A stretch of 64,000 nt of DNA from Octopus sinensis (Eukaryota), in assembly GCF_006345805.1 (NCBI RefSeq), contig NC_043004.1, forward strand, positions 8,308,001 through 8,372,000, read 5' to 3'. Under the pieces are notes generated by a model that saw nothing but the letters and a program-made list of their open reading frames with translations, was not told where the DNA came from and searched no databases. Position numbers and translations under genes: made by a program. The number at the start of each line of letters is the position of its first letter. Positions within the stretch are counted from its first letter, which is position 1. Below are positions 52,331 through 64,000 of this stretch, one piece after another.

Positions 52331-53095
52331 AATTTAATTTAATTTAATTAATTTAATTTAATTAAGCTAATTTAATCATTAATGACACAGAAACGTTGCA
52401 ACGTCTAAAAGATGAATTAGGGTAAATTTTTTAAATTTTCACCTAATTTCTGAATTACTACTACTTGGCGGTGTGAGTTATGGCTGCTCTTTCTGTGGAC
52501 GAGGGACCTGTTAGGTCACTCCTAAATTGTTATATTTATATATTTAGTCGATGACTATTTTCTCTTTTCCACCAGGCCGCTGGTAGCGATAAATTTCTAT
52601 TGAATTTTTTGCTACCTAAATTGACTAATTGATAATTTTCTGAATATTCTGAGATTGAATCGGCAGTTATATTTACTGCTGATAAGTTTGGCGCGAATAC
52701 GTCAGTCTTGAAAATTTTAAGACAGATATTCCGTAGGCATCGATACAGACGCCTCGTGTATATTTGTCTCTCCCAGGTTTTTTACTGATGAAGTGTAACC
52801 TATGGTAGATTAGCTTAATTTAATTTAATTAAGCTAATTAATCATTAATGACACAGAAACGTTGCAACGTCTAAAAGATGAATTAGGGTAAATGTTTTTA
52901 ATTTTCACCTAATTTCTGAATTACTACTACTTGGCGGTGTGAGTTATGGCTGCTCTTCTGGTGGAACGAGTGACCTGTTAGGGTCCTCCTAAATTGTTAT
53001 ATTTATATATTTAGTCGATGACTATTTTCTCTTTTCCACCAGGCCGCTGGTAGCGATAATTTCTATTGAAATTTTTTGCTACCCTAAATGACTAT
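52331..53095 (+). mobile_element. Non-coding tandem repeat (466-nt unit, ~1.6 copies) carrying a hammerhead; retrozyme/pLTR-like
   Basis: gaaacgttgcaacgtc at 52390-52405 and 52856-52871; direct repeat of about 280 bp; flanked by (TA)n. Confidence 0.8.
52780..52876 (+). ncRNA. Type I hammerhead ribozyme motif with extended stem II
   Basis: Stem I tttta/taaaa, CTGATGA 52785-91, gtgt/acac plus inner attagcttaatt/aattaagctaat hairpin, GAAA 52856-59, stem III ACGTTGCAACGT, GUC site after 52871; an extra A on each side of stem II. Confidence 0.75.
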
Positions 53096-53143
53096 ATATA
53101 TCTATATATAATATATATAATATTATATATATATATATATATA

Positions 53144-54061
53144 AAGGGTGTCCATAAAGTCTCTTTACAATTAAAAAAAATTATTACAAAGGCAGTTGAT
53201 GAAATATTTTAACCAGATTTGTTTTATTTAATAATTGTTTATTAAAGATTTTATTGATTTTAAATTTTTATGTTTCACATACTCTGTTGATGGAAGAGAA
53301 CTGATTCATTGAATCCCTATAAAATGAGGATGAAGCATTCCCAAGCGAGTTTGTCTTAGTGACGAGGCGACTTTCATATTTCAGGGAAATTAAACAGACA
53401 CAATGTGAGAATCTGGGGATCAGAACACCCGCATGAGACTAGGGAGCTTCAACGGGATAGTCCAAAAGTGAATGAGTGGTGTGGAATCATGTGCAATCGA
53501 ATAATTGGTCCATTTTTCTTCAACGAGGCAACAATTACTGTAGATGTTTACCTCGAACTTCTCACCGAATATGTGGCACCACAACTGACTGATTTACAAC
53601 CAACCATCATTTTCCAGCAAGATGGTGCACCACCACATTGGGGACGGCATGTTCGTCAGTTCCTCAATCAAACATTTCCAAACCGATGGATTGGAAGGGA
53701 TGGGTCAATTCCATGGCCACCGCGTTCGCCAGATATTGCTCCCTTGGACTTCTTTTTATGGGGTTATGTAAATGATATCGTGTATCAAAGATACGGGGAC
53801 ATTGCTGACTTGAAACAAAGGATTCGTAATGCCATTGCCACCGTTGATGAGGCTATCCTACAGCGAACATGGCAAGAAATCGAGTACCGTCTTTATGTGC
53901 TTCGCGCAACTAATGGTGCTCATATTGAGGTCTATTAAATAACAGTAGAAAAAAAACTTTAATAAACAATTATTACAATAAAACAAATCTGATTATGATA
54001 TCTTGTCAACTGCCTTTCTAATAAAACTTTAAAATTGTAAAGATACTTTATGGACACCCTG
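53144..54061 (+). mobile_element. Internally deleted DD41D (rosa/Visitor-type) Tc1/mariner element
   Basis: TIRs agggtgtccataaagt(c/a)tctttacaatt, TA flanks; SDEATF, QDGAPPH...SPDIAPLDFF with 41-residue spacing; N-terminal HTH region deleted. Confidence 0.92.
53349..53938 (+). pseudogene. DD41D transposase catalytic domain
   Basis: One frameshift just after DEATF, then open to the stop at 53938. Confidence 0.9.
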
Positions 54062-54074
54062 TATATTCAATATG

Positions 54075-54244
54075 TGTCCGCGTGTGTATCGTTGGCGATT
54101 TGTTCCCTCTGTCTTCCCTTCCTTGGATCTTTCTTTTTTCTATGTTTCTGACGAAGAGCTCCGTTCAAAACGTTAAATCCTCCTTCTTTCCTTTCCTTTC
54201 CTCGCGTTGTGTTTTCTCTTTGTGTTTTCATGTTTGGATTAACT
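54075..54244 (+). mobile_element. Older solo pLTR related to the 15651-22214 PLE
   Basis: tatgtttCTGACGAagagctccgttcaaaacgttaaat and terminal tttggattaac before (TA)n; GAAA has become AAAA. Confidence 0.8.
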
Positions 54245-54245
54245 A

Positions 54246-54288
<43 letters not shown>

Positions 54289-54300
54289 ATATATATATGT

Positions 54301-54354
<54 letters not shown>

Positions 54355-54361
<7 letters not shown>

Positions 54362-54580
54362 TGTATGTACCCCCTACAATCGATTCACAACCGGTGCTGG
54401 TGTGTTTATGTCTCCGTAACTTAGCAGTTCGGCAAAAGAGGCCGATAGAATAAGTACTAGGCTTACAAAGAATAAGTCCTGGGGTAGATTTCTTCAACTA
54501 ACACCCTTTAAGGCGGTGCTCCAACATGGCCGCAGTCAAATGACTGGAACAAGTAAAAGTATAAAAGAATATAAGAATAA
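54355..54580 (+). mobile_element. SINE family B 3' half
   Basis: Matches the 59155-59559 tail. Confidence 0.85.
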
Positions 54581-55169
54581 AAGAATACATATATATATGT
54601 GTGTGTGTGTGTGTGGTGTACAAATATACAAAGAGCGTGTATGCGAATAATTTTTGAATAAATCATTAGCGTATGGGGTGGGGGTAGAGTGAGAGCGAAA
54701 AGAATGTAGTTTAATTTAATAAACGAACCGAACATGCAAGTTGTTAAAGGGAAAACTTATAAGTGAAACTTCTACTTTACCAAACCTGCTTTTATTTGTT
54801 TGCTCAAGGTCAGACAGTGGAGGTCGCTGGGTAAGAGGAAGAGTGCGAGGCGGTGGGTGCGGTTTTCGAGTCTTAAATGAAACAAGATATAAATTTCCTG
54901 ATTTTGTTAGTAATAACCAACCACCCCGCTTTACCGTTCCTTTTTCTTTATTTTCTCATCAAATATTTATTCTAACTCTTCTCGTCTCATGCCAGAAGAG
55001 AACTCCGTTAGATTTGGATTACTCTCTCTCTTGAATTTCATAATACGAAACATGTAAAAATAATCTTCAGCTATTTGTATTTTTAAGAAGTATGATGCAA
55101 ATTCCAACTTTGGTCCAATGTTAGGACATCGTCGAGATTTAACTGAAGTTTGAAGAAACAACACACACA

Positions 55170-55220
<51 letters not shown>

Positions 55221-55413
55221 TCCAAACTAGGAGAAAACCTGAGTGAAAGCAGGAAAAATACGATGTTACCTAATGTGATAGGGAAGGAACTATAATTACT
55301 CCAAGATCTGCTAGAATTATTATTGTAAGACATGCAACTGAAGCTAAAACTGCATGCATGAATACTTCTTATATATATGCCCTTGTGCTATTAGGCTTAT
55401 TGAAATATGCGAG

Positions 55414-55552
55414 AAGGCACAATGGCCCAGTGGTTAGGGCAGCGGACTCGAGGTCGTAGGACCGCGGTTTCGAGTCTTAAATGAAACAAGATATAAATTT
55501 CCTGATTTTGTTAGTAATAACCAACCACTTTGTGCCTAGAGTAAAAAAGAAT
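55414..55552 (+). mobile_element. Chimeric SINE-like element: tRNA head + local 65-nt copy + family A tail
   Basis: 55464-55528 duplicates 54859-54924. Confidence 0.7.
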
Positions 55553-55561
55553 ATAGTCTTC

Positions 55562-55797
55562 AAGGGCTGATTGATGGCAGAATCGTTAGCACGCCGGGCG
55601 AAATGCTTAGCTGTATTTCGTATGCCGTTATGCTCTGAGTTCAAATTCCGCCGAGACTGATTTTGCCTTTCATCCTTTCGGGAGTCGATTAAATAAGTAC
55701 CAGTTACACACTGTGCTCGATGTAATCGACCTAATCCTTTTGACGGTCCTTGTTTGTACCCTCTATATTTAGCCCTTGTGGGCAATAAAGAAATAAA
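55562..55797 (+). mobile_element. SINE family A
   Basis: tggcagaatcgttagcacgccgggcgaaatgc...gcaataaagaaata. Confidence 0.88.
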
Positions 55798-56993
55798 TAT
55801 ATTCTTCAGTTTCTTTAATATATATTTGGGGTCATTATTTATTGTTACTATTTCGTGCTCTAATGCAGTTAGTTAGTTTTAAAACAGTTTTAAATCTGAT
55901 TTTCAATGAGCCTCTCACTTAAATCTTCTCTATTTCCACAACCCTTCCAACGCGGTTGTCTTAAACAAATTTTTAAAAAATGAGAGAAAGAAAATAATCG
56001 GCTGGTACTCTATTTGTTGACTCGAAAGTGAGATTTTCGTAGAGAGATGGAACAAATCCTTCTTCTCGGCGTTAAAATTCTGGCAATTCGTTGCATTTTT
56101 GTACTTCGGGTCTGTTAATATATGCTTGCATTTGAGGTACCATGATATATAACTGTAACTGTTACAATATATACCAAGGGTTGACACTTGAGGTACTCTC
56201 AAATATAACAGAGTAAATATCGTTATCGAATATGTCGAAAACTTTTATATTAAATTATGAAATAGCATGTTACTGTTAGTTTTAACTATAGATGACCACC
56301 ACATCGACAGAGATAAGGAAATCTAGACAAAGAAGTGCTTCATGAACTGCAATCCATTATGTACTCCCTTATATATCAGATACTTGACAAGGAATCTTAT
56401 TACCGTATTTGATGACTTACAGGCGCACTTTTTCGCCATAAAAATATATCAGAACAAAAAAAAAAGATCCCCCCGCGGCCTTTATGCAAAGTTGGGCCTC
56501 CCATAAATTTGAATAAATTAAAAAGAACCATACCTTATTTTCAATGAATATGCGTTGCTGAATTTGGGGTGCGTCTAGTATGCCAGTGCGACAAATTCGG
56601 TTTGTTACACAATGGGGTAAATACCATTCACACCTGAAAATTAACCGTTCATTCGCTTACTCGAGATAATAGTTTAGCGTCTTCTTTGGAGAAGACAATG
56701 ATAATGGCGTCCTTTCCAGAAAATAAATGTCTGTCACCACCTTCATAAAACGGAGACGAGAACTAAGTGTCTGTTAAATGAACGGTTTGTACTTTTTAAA
56801 AGCAATAACAAGTTGTCTTTATTGCTGTATGGAGTCAAGATCAATTTGTAGTGGAAAATTTTCATTCATAGCAGAGCTTTTCAGCTGTGAAGTTTGGTCT
56901 ATTTTAGCATTATAAATCTCGTTACTTTAGCTGCATGAGTGATGACTTTCATTATGAAGGGGTATGTGTGTGTGTATGTGTGTGTGTGTGTGT

Positions 56994-57048
<55 letters not shown>

Positions 57049-57280
57049 AGTGTGATATGAATGATGATACGTGCAATTTCTTTCTCTCTCTTACGAGTTC
57101 ATATCATCTTTTAGCGTATAGTCAATTATATAGACTCCAGTAATTATTATACCCCATCCCCATATCGAGCACGAAATGATGAGGAGCCAATTAGGTTTGT
57201 GTAGTAGTTGAAAAAAAAAAATAGAAAAAAATGCGCGAAGTCTCATTCTTCAAAGTTCTTTGATTATGCTCTCTCTCTCT

Positions 57281-57643
57281 CTCTTTTACTCTTTTACTTG
57301 TTTCAGTCATTTGACTGCGGCCATGCTGGAGCACCACCTTTAGTACTTATTCTATCGGTCTCTTTTTGCCGAACCGCTAAGTGACGGGGACCTAAACACA
57401 CCAGCATCGGTTGTCAAGCAATGCTAGGGGGACAAACCAGACACACAACACACACACATATACATATATATACATATATACGACAGGCTTCTTTCAGTTT
57501 CCGTCTACCAAATCCACTCACAAGGCATTGGTCGGCCCGGGCTATAGCAGAAGACACTTGCCCAAGATGCCACGCAGTGGGACTGAACCCGCAACCGTGT
57601 GGTTGGTTAGCAAGCTACTTACCACACAGCCACTCCTGCGCCT
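57281..57643 (-). mobile_element. SINE family B, full length
   Basis: Reverse complement of 59155-59559. Confidence 0.92.
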
Positions 57644-59154
57644 ATCCACTTAGTATGAGAAAATTCATAGCGGATGTATGTTATAATCGATAAATATTTA
57701 TATTACATATAAAATTTGATTAAATATAATTATATATATTATAATTTAAATATATAGTTTAGGTCAGAAATATAATTATAAAACGGAAATGTTGTGGTGG
57801 ATGGCAGAACAGGAAGGTCACCGGGCAGTTATGCCTGGGGAGGGGGTCTAGTTACGCGGATATACTTTCAAAGTTAGAATATCATCAAGTGTCGACTTTG
57901 GCTTCTACTCAGGAGATAGAATCAACTGTTCAACTCTCTCAAAATGTGTGGCCCTGTATCTATGTCAGAAATCAATACTGAGGGGGCAGAGATTTCGCAG
58001 GGATTAGGCCGTGTACGATAAAAAGATAAACCCTCCATTTAAAAAAAAAAATTTTCACTCTGTCTTAGAAACCTTCACTCACCGCCACGTTTTATTATTT
58101 CTCCCGTATGTTTAAGCGTCTGTTTAAGTAGAAAGCCAATGCGTGTGTGTGTGTGTGTGTGTGTATGTTGTAATAAATATGTATAATAAAGAAAATATGG
58201 GAATAATTTAAATTAAAAGAAATATCAATAAATATTAGAATGGTTCTTCGTATATTCAGTATGGAGCATATGAAATTGTTCGCATGAACTGTCACACACA
58301 CACACGCACACACACACACAGGCATGCATGTATAGAGATATAAGATACATATATATGTAAATATGTATGTATATGCATATATCTATTTATATATATATAA
58401 GTGCGTATGTACACACACACACACATACACATATATATGTGCACACATACATATATATGTATGAATATACATATATATCTTCATTCATAAGGAAAGAGCT
58501 CCGTTATTTATGTGATTTAAGTGACAAGTTTTATAACACTATAAAACGCACCTCCCAACTGAAGAGTTCGAGTAGAATCAATGAAGATTTTCTGCCATAT
58601 TAAAAAGAACTAATTCCTTAAGTGTAATCTATCTTATATTCCTGATTGCTGTAAAATAAACACATGTGAGAACAAATTATATTTCTAAATTATGAAGAAA
58701 GAAACTTGACATTTTATGATTTTTTATACGTATTTTTCCATTTTGATTTAATATTAATTATCATAGTTTAAGACTCCAGCGGTACCGAATATTAAGTTGT
58801 TGTTATTTATATTACTACATGATCTTGTTGCAGATATTGATAACCTAAACAGTGTCGGTTCATTCTGCCAAATATTTGCTTCTTTCTGCGACATCCGTTT
58901 CACAGATCAGATATTTTCAAGTAGATTTATCTGACATGAAAAAGTCCAGTTGAACTCTTAATGGTAACTCATTTACTTGTCAAATAAGCCAACAGCAGTT
59001 TAGCCACTCGCGGCGCATTCGAGTTTTCTGCTGTTACGAGTGTGGAACCGTCCAAAGCTAAATGATTCCAAGACACCTTTTCAAGATTAGAACCAAAATA
59101 GTGAACCAAACATTTAATCTTACGCACTTGAAACATTTTTTTGTTTTTTGTTAG

Positions 59155-59559
59155 GGCGTAGGAGTGGCTGTGTGGTAAGTAGCTTGCTTACCAACCACAT
59201 GGTTCCGGGTTCAGTTCCACTATGTGGCACCTTGGGCAAGTGTCTTCTACTATAGCCTCGAGCCGACCAAAGCCTTGCGAGTGGATTTGGTAGACGGAAA
59301 CTGAAAGAAGCCCGTCGTATATATGTATATGTATGTATGTATATATATGTGTGTGTGTGTTTGTGTGTCTGTGTTTGCCCCCAACACCTCTTGACAACCG
59401 ATGCTGGTATGATTACGTCCCCGTAACTTAGCGGTTCGGCAAAAGGGAATGATAGAATAAGTACTAGGCTTACAAAGAATATGTCGATTTGCTCGACTAA
59501 AGGCGGTGCTCCAGTATGGCCACAGTCAAATGACTGAAACAAGTAAAAGAGTAAAAGAG
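59155..59559 (+). mobile_element. SINE family B, full length (tRNA head, internal microsatellite, GTAAAAGA tail)
   Basis: A box tggctgtgtggtaag, B-box-like ggttcagttcc, internal (TA)/(TG) tract. Confidence 0.92.
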
Positions 59560-60495
59560 TACACAGAATGTTTAAATTTCTGGCATGGTATTTTGGTAGG
59601 AATCGGAAAGATCTTCTTTCTAATCCTTATCGGGATTGCTTTGCGAAAGAAGACCAATAGCTTTAATACGAATATAATAAACTGTTATTGACAATACATA
59701 CTGGACACAACTAAGATATTTAGTCATATTGTCGTTCCTAGAAACATCGCTATACGTTTTCAACACTTACAGCAAGGCATCGTCTTAACTATAAAACTAC
59801 AATAACAAATTCTGTTATCGCAGTGTTTGTTCTGGCTCTCTACGTTCTGATTTCAAATTCCGCTGAGATTAACTTTGCTTTTTATCTTTGCGGGGTCGAT
59901 AAAATAAAGCATCAGTAACGTACTGGAATCGACTAAATCGCTCGCATCAAAATTCCTCGCGTTGTGGCTCCGATAGAAACCATTACGTGCCAATTCCTGA
60001 TTTCAGTAACAGCAGCAGATTGTAATATAAATATCGAATGCAGGGGAAGACCTCCCGGCCATTAATTTTCGTAGCCATGATTGTTGTACTGGACTCCCAT
60101 TAGCAGTTTTAATATGTCTTACTGTCAAAATCGCGGAGAGCGTTGAAGAGGTTAAAGTTCGGCTTACTTCGCTCTCTCAAAAATAAATGACCGAACAGAC
60201 ACGCCGCCACCACCACCACCTGATACCACCACCACCACCACCCACCACTAACACTACCAACAACAACGAAAATAAAATAGAAACGAAAGAAAATGTCCTC
60301 CAAAACCGAAAAATAGAAACAAGCTACTATACAAAGCAAACATGAAAATGCAATGAAAAATATGACTCACCTACCCTACCACTTCCTATCAGAGACGATA
60401 GTGTACACACACACCTGTGTGGGTGTATATATATATATATACATAATACGTACGTACATATATATATATATATATATATAATAATATATATATAT

Positions 60496-60598
<103 letters not shown>

Positions 60599-60716
60599 GT
60601 GGTGTGTGTGTGTGAGTGTAAGCTACTGGTATAGACGCATTCATGCATAGTCCACTGGGAACTGTATTTGATTAGTCTGTAGCAGTTCATTCTTTCTTAT
60701 TGCTAGAAAGACAGAT

Positions 60717-60729
60717 GGATGGATAGATG

Positions 60730-60799
<70 letters not shown>

Positions 60800-60802
60800 C
60801 TG

Positions 60803-60845
<43 letters not shown>
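60717..60845. repeat. (GATA)n and (GA)n microsatellites
   Basis: Direct reading. Confidence 0.95.
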
Positions 60846-60848
<3 letters not shown>

Positions 60849-61229
60849 AAGAAAGAAAGAGGAAGAGAGAACAGTGTTAAAACCGCATAATAGCGATTAG
60901 AGCTGAATTTTGTTAAAACACGAAAGCCTTGATAGGTCAGAAGAAAGCAACAGCGGGCGCTGGAGGTGCCATTGTACGACTGCAAACTTACTGACACAGA
61001 TTATTCTTCTTCATCTTTGCCTATTTTTCTCTCAGTGAAACATGACTCCCCAAGAGATTCGAAATCGGTTCATGGAGTATGGAGTATTACTGTTTAATAT
61101 CTGAACCTGTCACTGAATGTAGGGACAAGTGTGTCTGTGCAGACGACATACAGTGTATGTCTCTGAGTGTTTGTGTGAGTGGGAGTCAGCCTCGATAAGG
61201 GGATACTTACAGTTGGATGCAATTAAAGT

Positions 61230-61282
<53 letters not shown>

Positions 61283-61378
61283 TAGTAAAAATATAATGAT
61301 GTTGGTGATGATGATAAAGGATTTCGAGTTAAGTAACTGAGGCACCCGTTTTAGGAAAGAATGTAATCCGATGAAATA

Positions 61379-61781
61379 TAGGAGTGGCTTGTGGTAAGTA
61401 GCTTGCTTACCATCCATATGGTTACGGGTTCAGTCCCACTGCGTGGCACCTTGGCCAAGTGTCTTCTACTATAGCGTCAGATTGACCAAAGCATTATGAG
61501 TGGATTTATTAGACAGAAACTGAAAGAAGCCCGTCATATATATATATATATATATCTGTTTGTGTGTGTATGTATCTGTGTTTGTCCCCCCCCCAACATC
61601 GCTTGACAACCGGTGTTGATGTATTTATGTTCCCATAACTTAGTGGTTCGGCAAGAAACAACCCGATAGAATAAGTACTAGGCTTACAAAGAATAAGTCC
61701 TGGGGTCGATTTGTTCGACTAAAGGCTGTGCTCCAGCATGGCCCCAGTCAAATGACTGAAACAAGTAAAAGAATAAAAGAA
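61379..61781 (+). mobile_element. SINE family B, full length
   Basis: Colinear with 59155-59559. Confidence 0.92.
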
Positions 61782-62379
61782 TTCCGTAATCTGTTTCGGA
61801 ATCTCAATCTCAGTATATGCCAGATATCACAGGGTAGATCCACCCCACGGGTTCTGCTCTCATTCGCATTTATAATAATGAATTCTCATATTGCTACTCG
61901 GACAGAAACGATATGGAATGGCGTGGGGAACAGTCGATTATAACAATTCTAGTACCTGACAGGTACTTTACTTTATCAACCTCGGAATGGTGAACGGTAA
62001 AATTGGCTTCGATGGGAGTTGAACTCAGAAGGCGAAGTGTCGTAAAAAATTTCAAAAGTCATTAAACGACTCTGTCAACCCAGAATGATCTCTTCTCTTT
62101 GTTTTTTTATCACTTCGTCGGTTGCGTCGACGACGGTTCCAGTTGATCCAATCAACATAACAACTTGCTCGTGAAATTAACGGGCAAGTGGCTGAGCACT
62201 CCACAGACACGCGGGCCTTCAACGTAGTTCTCAGGGAGATTCAACGCGACGCCATTCCTAACTATTAACATCTGTTGTCAACCCCAACAACAACGACCAC
62301 CACCCTTCACAATACTATCCTAAACTCAAATGTAATAGTCGTACATTTAACTGTACAAATAGGAAAACACCCACCTATC

Positions 62380-62473
62380 CATCTGTCTGCCTGTCTGTCT
62401 GTCTGTCTGTCAATCTATCTAGCGGTCTGTCTATCACGCTGTCTATCTATCTAGCGGTCTGTCTATCACGCTG

Positions 62474-62551
<78 letters not shown>

Positions 62552-62573
62552 CACCCGTCTATAATTGTGTGTG

Positions 62574-62605
<32 letters not shown>

Positions 62606-62655
62606 TGTATGTATGTATGTATGTATGTATGTATGTATGTATGTGTGTGTGTGTG
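62380..62655. repeat. (CTGT)/(CTAT)n/(TATG)n compound microsatellite
   Basis: Direct reading. Confidence 0.95.
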
Positions 62656-63657
62656 AAACTGGAAACTCCGTACATCACACCCGAAAGCTCTTCCATTCTT
62701 GACTTCTAAAACTGTAATTAATTATCGACATGTATTCCAAGAGACAAAAGCTGGTTATCTCTTTGCAGAAGCTTACAGCTAAACAAAATGTCTGTCCCCC
62801 TTTGATCTAATAACCAAGAACAACTGAATACAATGAGTTTTGTCATTTGTGCTTGCTCAATTGTTAATAGACTCAGCAGATGTCAGTTAAATATGACGGA
62901 AGAAATGTTGGCCAAGTAGAACCCAAATGCCGTTAGAATCGTCTCCTCCTTAGTTTCTATATCTGTCGCGTCGTTGCTGAGTTAGGAAGACCAGCAGAAG
63001 GGTGGAGAATGTTGAGATAAACAGAGTAATAAACGATGAAGACAATACAGAGTTTATTTATTAATTTTTTTTAGTTATTTAGTTATTTAGTTGTATCTTT
63101 TGATTTGAAAACCCGCCGAATTCTGTTTAACCTTTCATTTTGTAGGAGTCGATACATTATTGCTTTGAGTCCAATTAGAAGATTCTATATGTTTGCTTGA
63201 CCTGATAGAAATGGTAATTAAATCTCTTTCAATCACAAGGTATTTCCTCGGAAAAAAAGTGACATTGAATAATGTTATAGGTACAAGAAATGACAAGGTT
63301 GTCACTGCAAGAACGCTTTTGATCATAGTAGTGGCCGATCGGAGCAACAAAAAGAAGAACAACAACAACCCGTAAGACCCAGTCAGGCAGTGGTTCCTTT
63401 CACTCATCTTTTTTCATTTTGTAATCTAATCCTAAACTCAATTTAGTTTTACACGACAAAAAAATGAAGAAAAGGCCGGATTATGGAAATAAAGTCAAAT
63501 ACTTGTTATATCGGATTCCTGCCGAAATGTTAAACTACGGGGACATAGACAAACCATTACCGGTTGTCAAGCGGTGGTGTGGGACAAAGAAACACACACA
63601 CACACACACACACATACACACACACACACACCACACACACACACACAGAGTTATATA

Positions 63658-63890
63658 CTGTAATCCTTTGACTATCGCGGTCGTAACGTTCCAAAACTCT
63701 CCACGATTGGTGAAAATCCGCGAAGCAGAAACAGTACTGCACTTTACTGTACATATATTTTAAAATTATTTTTATAATTTGTATATATATATATATATAT
63801 ATATTATAAATGCAAAACAACACCATGGAGGAATCTGCGTAAGCTTAATAAACCGCGATAGATGAACCGCGATATGGCGAGGGATTACTG
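63658..63890. mobile_element. pogo/Tigger-like MITE (copy 2)
   Basis: TA-ctgtaatcctttgactatcgcgg...ccgcgatatggcgagggattactg-TA; ends shared with 5362-5567. Confidence 0.8.
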
Positions 63891-64000
63891 TACTATACAT
63901 GGATGTGAGTGCGTTGCAGCGAAGAAAATATTCGTCGGTCAAGACCAATTTCAACAGATATATTGAGCACAACATAAATAAGAATTTCACGATCATTGAA

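Overview
Repeat-saturated, AT-rich animal genomic DNA. The tRNA-derived SINE families, (TA)n/(CA)n/(TACA)n microsatellite load and transposon mix point to an octopus-type cephalopod (inference). No host protein-coding gene can be convincingly assembled: nearly all ORFs in the track are microsatellite read-throughs or transposon remnants, and two attractive 'exons' turned out to be pieces of an old mariner transposase. The main feature is a young, near-intact 6.56 kb Penelope-like element (PLE; RT + GIY-YIG, 15651-22214) with almost identical pseudo-LTRs and a 2.6 kb microsatellite-like 3' UTR. Also present: a young 5'-truncated RTE LINE, R4/Dong-type LINE pieces nested in (TAT)n, three mariner-superfamily lineages (DD34D, DD37D, DD41D), hAT, pogo-like and Helitron-like non-autonomous elements, a Ty3/gypsy LTR+gag remnant and a tRNA-iMet pseudogene. 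The most interesting unannotated signal is a set of type I hammerhead-ribozyme motifs from several unrelated repeat families: four well-formed (13564, 29065, 42859, 52780), two variant copies in the young PLE, and several decayed. One sits in a non-coding, highly structured 466-nt tandem unit resembling a retrozyme. Several long inverted repeats are tied to these modules. All structures were folded by eye; nothing was searched or computed with tools.
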